Positions 55,035-64,000 of a DNA stretch of 64,000 nucleotides are shown piece by piece. The position numbers and the translations under genes are program-made. How positions within the stretch are numbered: the first letter of the stretch is position 1; the number at the start of each line of letters is the position of its first letter. The notes under the pieces are model-generated. The model saw nothing but the letters and a program-made list of their open reading frames with translations, made no database searches and was not told the DNA's origin. The DNA lies in NCBI RefSeq assembly GCF_009914755.1, contig NC_060933.1, one strand, 5' to 3'. Origin of the DNA: the human T2T-CHM13v2.0 reference genome, Homo sapiens.

Positions 55035-55565
55035 TCTCCTCTCCCCCTTTCTCATCTCTTGATGCCATCTCCAATTGTTAAACTCAGGAAGCCAAAGGAT
55101 AAGGGAGCTACATACATCAGACTTCTTGAGCCTATAGAAAGATAGAGAACAATGAAGAGGGGTTCTGAAGGACAAACAACATATATTTGGCTCAGAAGGC
55201 CCTTTCATAATTTTTCAATGTAGCACAAAAAAAATTCTGCCAGGCATAATTTTTCATATCATTTTTAACAGTTTAATTTTTAGTGTTAACACCATAGATC
55301 CAACTACCTCCTCCTCTTCCAAATGTATTTCTTACAAAGAAAAAGACTTTTTTTCATACAATAATTATCAAACAAGTGACTTAAGAATATGGGGGAAGTT
55401 GTAAGTTTGAAACATTGGCTTTGGCTCCAGTAATCTAGTTTTCTCCTTTCCTTGTCACACCAAAGGCCTAGGGCTTTCATGATGGTTCCCTTTCTGATTA
55501 TATTGATTTCTATGGCTATTGAAAAAAATTATCGTCCAGCTAGTCTTTTTCTCTCCCAAACCAGG

Positions 55566-56059
55566 TGGGATGGTGAATTTTATGGGTCAATTTGAGTGAG
55601 CTAAAGGTTGCCCAGATAGCTAGTAAAACATTATTTCCATGTGTGTCTGAGAGGGTTTTTCTGGAAGAGATTTGCATTTAAATCAGCAGATCTAGTAAAA
55701 AGATCCGCTATCTAATTTGTTAAGGATCCAAATAGAATAGAAAGGTAGAGGAAGGACAAATTTTCCTTCCGTCTTCTTGAGCTGCGACATCCATCTTCTT
55801 CAGTCCTCAAACATCAGAGCTCCTGATTCTTGGGTCTTCAGGTTGTGGGACTTAGATAAGTGGTCCCACTGGTTCTCCTGTCTTCAGCTTCAGACTGAAT
55901 TATACCACCAGCTTTCTTGGTTCGTCAGTTTGCAGAATGTATATTGTGGGACTTTTAGGCTTCCATGATCACATCAGCCAATTTCTAGCGTAAATTTCCT
56001 TTTGCATATCTACATATGTCCTATTTGTTCTATTTCTCTGGAGAACCCTGACTAATGCA
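55566..56059 (+). mobile_element. MLT2 (D/B4-like) ERVL solo LTR
   Basis: 'gatggtgaattttatgggtcaattt','cccagatagctagtaaaacattattt','tctctggagaaccctgactaatgca'. Confidence 0.85.
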
Positions 56060-56206
56060 TCAGCTATTGGCAAGTAGTAATGAGGAATTAAGCTTACAAA
56101 TCTTTACTACTGCCACTGAAGGTCATCAAGGGCTAATGCCTTTGTCTTAAATTTCAGAAAGCCAGCTGTGGAAGATAGTTCTGATGTTTAAGAAAGGAAG
56201 AAGAAA

Positions 56207-56625
56207 ATATATACATATATATATATATATATATAAAATGAGATATATATATTTATACATTATATATAGTGAAATATATATATTTATACATTATATATAA
56301 TGAAATATATATATCTATTTATACATTATATATAATGAAATATAGATAATATGTGTACATTATATATAATGAAATATAGATAATATCTATACATTATATA
56401 TAATGAAATACAGATATCTATACATTATATATGAAATACAGATATCTATACATTATATATAATGAAATATAGATAATAGCTATACATTATATATAATGAA
56501 ATATAGATAATATCTATTTATACATTATATGTAATGAAATACAGATAATATATATTTACACATTATAGATAATGAAATATAGATATCTATACATTATATA
56601 TTATGAAATAGAGATAATATATATT
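56207..56625. repeat. AT-rich minisatellite, about 11 units of 28-38 bp
   Basis: Unit tacattatatataatgaaata(t/c)agat(aat)atcta; 'acattata' counted 11 times. Confidence 0.93.
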
Positions 56626-56726
56626 CATACTATATATGTGTGTGTGTATATGTATATGTATATATATGTGTGTGTGTGTGTGTTTCATATATATATATAA
56701 TGAAAATGCCCAGTAAGCAAGGATCC

Positions 56727-57459
56727 TCTGGCAGTCGTTAGTGCTGTTCATCAAATGTTTATGGTTCTCTTGGGCATATTGTGTGACTCTGTTCCCCTGC
56801 ACACTGGGGTTTGGTACGGCCATGTGATATGGTTTGGTTCTGTGTCCCCACCCAAAATTCATGTCGGTTTGTAATTCCCAGTGTTGGAGGAGGGGGCTTG
56901 GTCAGAGGTGACTGACTCATAGGGGCAGACTTCCTCCTTGCTGTTCTTGTGGTAGAGTTCTCATGAGATCTAGTTGTTTTAAAGCATATAGCACCTTCCC
57001 CTTCACTCTCTCATCCTCCTGCTCCAGTCATATAGGACGTGCTGGCTTCCCCTTTGTCTATTGCTATGATTGTAAGTTTCCTGAGGGCTCCCCAGGCATG
57101 GTTCCTGCACAGCCTGCAGAACGATGAGCCAATCAAACCTTTTTTCTTCATAAATTAGCCAGTCTCAGGTAGCAGTTTGAAAATGGATTAATACACCGTG
57201 AAACTAGCTTTGTTCAGTGATATGTGTTACTCTGTGAGGAAACTTTAAGGTCTGTCGTATGATTCACGTTGCCATCACCTTCCCTCCCATGGGGTTGAGC
57301 AATGTTCCAGAGAGTGGCTTCTCTGAAATCCTAAATCCTGAATTGAGTATAACTTGATGTGTACATGCCAGTAGCAAACTAAATTTGGGCTGCTGTTAGA
57401 CTCTGAAATTTGGTGTTATTTTTCACCCTGGCATAACAGAGCCCATCCTGACTGATACA
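56727..57459 (+). mobile_element. MLT1 (I/J-like) LTR split by an MST LTR
   Basis: 'ggccatg|...|aaactagctttgttcagtgatatgtg'; terminus 'gcccatcctgactgataca'. Confidence 0.7.
56825..57195 (+). mobile_element. MSTA-like MaLR solo LTR
   Basis: TGATATGGTTTGG..TGTGTCCCCACCCAAA to GGATTAATACA; 5-bp TSD ccatg/ccgtg. Confidence 0.9.
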
Positions 57460-58327
57460 ATCCTTAAGGGAATAACTTAATACCTTGTTTTTACATAGTG
57501 TCTTGTTTTTACACAGTGACATTTTGTTTTCCTCAAAACCCTGATATTTATTATTTTATTTTTAAAGAGTAAAATTATACTCAGGAGTATGTGCATTTTG
57601 TGAATTGAAGCATCTGGAATTCAGGATGCTGAAAAAATTTCTGGAATACTAAGTATGAATACATAAGAAATTTATAAAAAATATTTCATAAGTCAAATGT
57701 ATATAAAAAGGTGTGAATACTGAAGTTATATAAAGTTACAGGTATTCTTTTAAGGGCAGACACAAGACATTTATAAAACGTTCACTTCTGGAAAAATGTC
57801 TTTTAGCTCTTCAGAAGAATTTGGAAATAGTGCCCCTTTGGAAAAGCAAAGCCATCAATTATGAGGACAGAATGTTACCTCTGATATTAACATACTATTG
57901 GTCTCATGAATTCTTCCTATATTTTTGGCTTCTTAAACCTTCCAGAGCTTAAGTGTAGTCATGTCTTTTAGAAATACCATAGGATAAAAAAATTACACAA
58001 AAACTCTGAAAACAACAAAAGTAATTTACCTTTGGATTTAATAACTAAAGGAATATTAATATCTCAGATAATGCTTTTTTGTTTCAACTATGACTACCCT
58101 ATGAAGTAGGATTAAAAATAAACAGAGATCACATTAGAATAAAATTAATCAGCTGAAACATACTACATATGCCTCAATGATTAACAAGAATATTTTATTT
58201 CTATCAGTTATGCAAATGAGAGCAAAGCATTTTAAAGTTTTCCCAGTTCACATACTTATTCAGAATATATAAAACAATTTGAATGAAAATGACCTAGAGG
58301 CATATCTGTAAAAGTGTATATACAAGC

Positions 58328-58596
58328 TGCTATGGTTTGAATGTTTCCCCAAAAAAGCATGTGTTGGAAACTTAATCCCAAATGTAACAGTTTTGAAGGG
58401 TGGGGCGTAATGAGAGATATTTATATCAAGAGAAATCCACCCTCATGAATTGATTCTTGAGACTTACTTCACTTTCTTGCCCTCTCACAGTTTTTTTCTA
58501 CCTTCCTGGGACAGTGCAGCACAAAGGCCTTCACCAGTTGCTGAGGCACCTTGATATTGGACTTCCCAGCCTCCAGAATTGTGAGAAATAAATTTC
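58328..58596 (+). mobile_element. MST (B/C-like) LTR fragment
   Basis: 'tgctatggtttgaatgtttcccc...gttggaaacttaatccc','tattggacttcccagcctccagaattgtgagaaataaattt'. Confidence 0.8.
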
Positions 58597-58643
58597 ACAA
58601 AATGACCTTAGTCACAAGTATAGCAGTATAAATTCATTGGAGG

Positions 58644-58644
<1 letters not shown>

Positions 58645-58675
<31 letters not shown>
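58645..58675. repeat. Poly(T)31
   Basis: Seen directly. Confidence 0.97.
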
Positions 58676-58676
<1 letters not shown>

Positions 58677-59774
58677 GTGAATTAGCCCATTCTCTCTTCA
58701 GGAAGTTTATATATTAAACTAACTTTCAGTTAAATACAGAAGCTCTTTGTATAAAGAGAAGTATGAAATCTACCACTTTGTTCATCTTTGATAGACTTTA
58801 CCTCATACTTCCTTTGATAGACTTTAGCCCATACTTCATGTTAGTTCTCAAGCTTCAGTGAATTAACTTAGGCACTTATTGAAAAAGCAGATTCCTAGGA
58901 AATGTGACTCCAGATAATTTGATTTGGTGGCCAGGGTGGAACATCCCAGGTTTTTCTCATACCAGTTGTCTAGGCATTACACATTGAGAAAACTGCTCAA
59001 GACAGGGACTTTGACATCTTATAAGGGCATTGATTTTCTTCTTTTACATCATGCATTTATAGTTACCACGCTTTTCATAAAAATCTACTTCTCTTAATAA
59101 CAAAGAAGAAAATAACATATTATCCTATTGATTTGTTTTCCTTGATGAATAGTCAATTATTCTTCCTTGCATTATTCAAGTCACCTATTACTTGAGATTT
59201 ATTGCAAACAAATAACTCTCTAGAAGTCTCTGTGGCTGTAAAAATTATACTTTGATAACTTATTGTGTTTAAGATTGTTAGTTGTCTCTGACTTCACTGA
59301 ACTAAGATACTCCCTAACTTCACCCACTGTTTTCTATTGTACATGCTCTTCAAAATGTATATCGATTCAATCTTTTTATTATTATATTTTAGAAAACTTT
59401 TCTGCCAAGGGCAGTGTATTTGCAACGTATATTTTCTATTTGATTTGTTTGAATTTTAGTGTTTTGCCTGTGATCTCGGAGGGATTTCTTAAATTTCCTG
59501 AACATAATAAAAAATTGTTCAGTTTTGCAAATTATAAAAAAAAAGTTTCCTATTTGTCAGCTGGTCAGCTTACTTTTCATTTTTGTTTATTTCTTCTTTA
59601 AGGATATAAAAAATACATAGCAGAAAAATAAGAAAATAGCTAGCTAAATAACAAGTAAATGAATGACCAACCGAAATCCTACCACCAAGACATAACCACT
59701 TTAAGTTTTTGGTTTGTATACTTCTCTGATTGTTTATGCTAAGAGTACATCATAATTTTTAACAATAAAGAATG

Positions 59775-59868
59775 GATTAATGATTCTACACTATATACAT
59801 ATATCAAAACATCACACTGTGCCATGTAAATGTGTACAATTATAATTTGTTAATTAAAGAATAATAAA
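59775..59868 (+). mobile_element. L1MA 3' terminal fragment
   Basis: 'tatatacatatatcaaaacatcacactgtgccatgtaaatgtgtacaattataatttgttaattaaa'. Confidence 0.7.
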
Positions 59869-60668
59869 ATATTTTAAAATGTACTAATGTGCTGTATTTG
59901 TTTTATAAACTTTTTTTGTTTCCTTCTTCAGTACTTACCAACTATTTTTCTTTTTTATTCTCTCTATTATTAGGGCCAAAGGAACATATACTTCCATTAA
60001 ATGCATTCATTTATTTTCTTGTTTTTAAACATGGACTCTCTTTGAAACAGCAATCAAGAGTTTACATTCAGGAGAGCCAGAGGCTTCTGCTAGGTAATTA
60101 GGCTCATTTACATCTTCTCTTACAGTGTTGAACACCATCAGTGGTATAAGCATTCCTGTGACAGTTATATATATATATTCTTACAAATTCATGGCCATTC
60201 ATTAGTTGAAATCACAATTCTATGGTTATGAAGGCACATGAAGCTTTTGGTAGTAAATTTGCTTCAGTGATAGAGGATCAAATCCTTGGTTTGGTGTAAC
60301 TTCATTACATAGTATATATTTTCCATATACTCAATATTAAAAATATTACCCCAACATTGTTTTTTTATCCCACAAACTGAGGACTTTTAAAAGTGAGGTT
60401 GTAACACACATAGACTGATAAGCTTTAAAATAAGGAGTACTTCAGTTATAATTTTATATAGACTATGGCATGTGCATGAGTAGAAGAGGAAAAATGACGT
60501 AATAGGAAAAAGGAAGTTATGCTTTTATACCAATTGCCTCGCTTCATCTATCAGGTGCCTATTGCCGTGCTTGTTAAAGGTTCTGGCTGGGTAAATACAT
60601 TAGGGTAACAATAACAATAATAAAAGCTAACATTCCTTAATATCCTTAATGGATAACGTCATTTAAAC

Positions 60669-62403
60669 TTATGGTGGTAGAGGCCCATCTGGAGCAACTG
60701 TTGTGGGGATGCCAGCTGCAGGTGGGGAGGCATGGCTGGGGCTGCACACTCTGTTGAGCTGGTTGGGGCGGGGAACAGGCGGGAGCCCTGACCCCTACTG
60801 AGTTGGTGGGGCAGGAGCCCCATATTCCTGGGTGCAGCTGCCCCATGGCTCTAGACTCACGCATCCTTGTGCTGTTGGGGCCCTGGTAAGCACCCTACCC
60901 CCTCAGGCTTGATGTGCCTGCTCCTGCTCCCTGGCCTCTCCCCACTTCCAGTGGCTGCTCCAATGTGGAGTAAAGTTGTGGCTGAGCTTGGGTGCTGTCA
61001 CAGCCTGGCCAGGTGTGAGCACTCTTGGGGCAGTGCTGACATGCCAGCCCCTGCTACCTTGGCCCCCTCTGGACTTTGGGTGCCAACGAGTGTGAGAGGG
61101 AGGCCAGGGAGCTGAGGGTGACTCAGTGTGGGCCTGTGGGCGGCCCTCAGCATGGACAGCCTGAGCACCACAAACAGCACGTTGATGGTGGCAGGAGGCA
61201 GACAGGTTCCTAGGTGGGAGGGGGTGGTCTCTGGTGGAACCTCACCTTCAAGCCAGGGACAATCTGAAGCCTGGGTCTGGGCTGGCAGTTCCAGGAGGAG
61301 TCCATGACCTGGAGTGAGAACTTATGGTGCTTTTCCCAGTCCCACCCATGGCTGTCCATGGATCAATCAGCACAGACTTTCTCCCTTCTGAGCCCATAAA
61401 AACCCCAGACTCAGCCAGACTCAGACTGCCTGTGGATAGAAGCTACCAACTTTGGGTGTCCTGAGAGCTGTTCCGTCACTCAATAAAGTTCCTCTCTGCC
61501 ATGCTCACCCTCCAGTTGTCCATGTCTCCTCATTCTTCCTGGATATGGGACACGAACTCAGGATCCACCAAACAGTGGGAGGAAAGAAGCTGTAACATGT
61601 TCCTGGCCGGCTCGCTGAGCTGCAGGTGGTGAAACGCTCTTAGACTGTGGGAGTGAAGAGTGGTGACCCTTCTGGTGGCCCAGACTTTGGGGTTCCCAAA
61701 ACCAAAGCTGCTGTAACACTATAGCCCTCCTGTTCTCTGCTGGCACTGGGTGGCCATGCCATGCAACAGAAGCAGCAGTGGGGCTGGGCAAGCCCATGAG
61801 TTGTGGGCCAGAACGAGGCAGCAGGACTAAAAGAGCTGTAACACAAATGGGCTGAAACACGCCCCCATCAACCCATTCACCACGCTGCAGGTGACATGAA
61901 AGAGAGAAGAGCTACAGTCCTTCTTGGAGTCCAGACCTTGGGGCTCCCCAAGCCAGGGCTGTGACAGGCTGTATGTAACACCCTCTTTGGACTCTGTGGT
62001 TTCTGGCATCTCTGAGCTTTCAAGCACCACCATATTCCCCTCATCCAGACACTGGTGCCCACAGTGGAAGTTTCTTGTGGTATGTCTGGTCCAACTGGAG
62101 CCTTGCATGGAGCCAGCACCTGTGCCGGTGCCTGAAGCTGCCCACCCCACTGCAGCAGCCAGTATGCCTGGCTGTGTGCAGTAGTCAGACCCCACACTCA
62201 CTTACTTACATACCCCTTGCCACTCTGCACCTGGCTCAGCCTTAGCAGGTGTGGGATCCAGGCTGGTAGTGCAAGCCAAGTGCAGTCTGCTGGGCCAAGT
62301 GGGCAGAACTAGCCCAGTGAAAGCAAGCCATACTCAGGCATAAGGTGCTGCTGTCTACAGAGGTTTCTGGCTGGTGAAGTGACACCCCAAGGATCCTGTG
62401 ACA
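60669..62403 (+). mobile_element. MER52A-like (ERV1) long solo LTR inserted in a MIR
   Basis: Start 'ttatggtggtagaggcccatctggagc', end 'gacaccccaaggatcctgtgaca'; internal 'ataaaaacccc' and 'caataaa'; 4-bp TSD aaac/aagc; GC-rich against an AT background. Confidence 0.85.
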
Positions 62404-64000
62404 AAGCCACCCAAGAACACTACCTCACTTAAGTCATTTAGCCAAAGTCACAGAGCTAGTGACTGATAATGCCAGAAGCCAGGGTCCAGAGCCTGTGCTC
62501 TTCACTACTCCACATGACAATGTTATCAATAATAATATACATTCTTAACATGCTACATTTTATCCTTTATTTTCAGAAGTTATCGTTATTTCTTGATTCT
62601 GTAAGTCTGAACCCTTGTCAATGGGAATGGTGGTTTCTGTATTGCAAAACAACTTATTTCCTCTCACTTGATAGTTGCCATGTTCCTCACATTGTCCCAA
62701 AGGGCTGGAGATACATGGTCCCTACACCTCATCCTGACCACCCTGAAGCTTGTGATCAAAGCCACAGAACTTGCTCATCTTCCGCAGATCAAGCATAATC
62801 TGACATGTCTTGATTTGCCTCTCTTGGAAAAGGAATGAGCTAGAAAAACAGGAAATAAACTGGAGAAATAGCTATGTACACAGTAGCAGGCTTGTGAAGG
62901 AGACAAAATAGTGTCACCATCTATAGTGGTCTATCAACATTTAAAATTGTTATTTTTTTTACATATTTTATTGCTCCCTTTGTTCCATCAGAATAATGTG
63001 TACAGTGTCCATATGCAATTACACCTAAAAGTATATTATGTAGAAAACAGCATTCAGAGCTGTCAGAGAAACTTGAAGTAATACATTTTGAAAGCAAATC
63101 TGAAACAAAAATTTAAGAATATACAAGGCAAAATTGCACCTGATTCTGCCTGGTGACAATGTTACTTATTGTTGGCAACATTTTTAAAGATGAAATCCTG
63201 TGGCTATAATTCCTTTTGTGATTCTCTGTTAACCCAGAAGGGGGAAAAAAACATGATTATGGGTTATGATTTACTACCTCACATTACTAAGGGCATCTGA
63301 ATTCAAAAAAGGAGAGATTCTACCTGACCTCACATATAATTAATTCTCCTGATCTGTGCAAATGGTTACAAAGTAATTTGAGGATATATATCACAATTTT
63401 GATATTATTAAGCAAGACAGAGCAAGATAGAACATTATAGAGAAAATACATTATTTTATAATTTGGGGAAATTTTTTTCTTTCATTCAAGGATCCTAGGG
63501 AATGTTTATTTTTCATTTTACCTTGAATACCTCATTATGATTATTATGTTTATCACTAGGATATGGAATGAAACAAATTAAGGAACCCCTTATTTCATAG
63601 GTTCTCTGAAGAGTCATCAAAGCTAATTCTGAATGACAGATCCTGGATCTGCTCCATTATTCATTTTGAATTGCACATGTCTCTCCATTATGTTGTTATG
63701 CACATTCAAGCACATCCAGTTTATAATATAAAATTTCAAATACTGGAATGCTTGGCCATTTTAAGCTGGGTTTCAGAGGAGCATACTGCTAACAGCACAA
63801 ATTTTAAACAAGGTCCAAATCCCTAACATTTATTAGCTATTTGTCCTTGGGCAACTATTATACTTAATTAATATCCACCATGCTGAACAAAGCCTTGGCT
63901 TTTTCTTTTTGCTCCTCACCACATTCAATCAATTACTAAGTCTTATAATTTCTATTTCCTAAACCTCTTTTGACTCTATTCACTAATCTTGATCCCTTTT

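Noticed and set aside
60646-62201. GC-rich region with many ORFs, suggestive of a gene or CpG island
   Set aside because: Coincides with a MER52 LTR and is CpG-depleted; stop codons are simply rare in GC-rich DNA

Overview
This is AT-rich, CpG-poor, repeat-dense primate (very probably human) non-coding DNA, either intergenic or deep intronic. I can support no protein-coding gene, RNA gene or CRISPR-like array. Essentially all listed ORFs are chance reading frames in Alu, L1, LTR or simple-repeat DNA, and only a decayed L1 ORF2 C-terminus is recognisable as protein. Recognisable content: six Alus; several L1PA/L1PB/L1M fragments; solo LTRs (LTR12, MER21, LTR16, LTR33-like, MLT1, MLT2, MST, MER52); DNA transposon fossils (MER63, Tigger2a, MER8); many MIR/L2 remnants; micro- and minisatellites. 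The most notable structures are (1) an old L1PB insertion carrying an apparent 3' transduction with a second AATAAA and poly(A) inside one target-site duplication (50931-51962), (2) an unexplained ~240-bp dispersed direct repeat (45091-45327 / 46748-46990), (3) a ~78-bp locally templated copy of a MER21 segment, (4) a 62-bp minisatellite with one G-quadruplex motif and one AATAAA per unit, (5) a CCAAT-rich LTR12 solo-LTR promoter, and (6) an Alu whose 3' end is replaced by an inverted copy of its own target site. I found no convincing novel multi-gene system. Repeat subfamily names come from remembered consensus similarity, not a database search, and the boundaries of old repeats are approximate.
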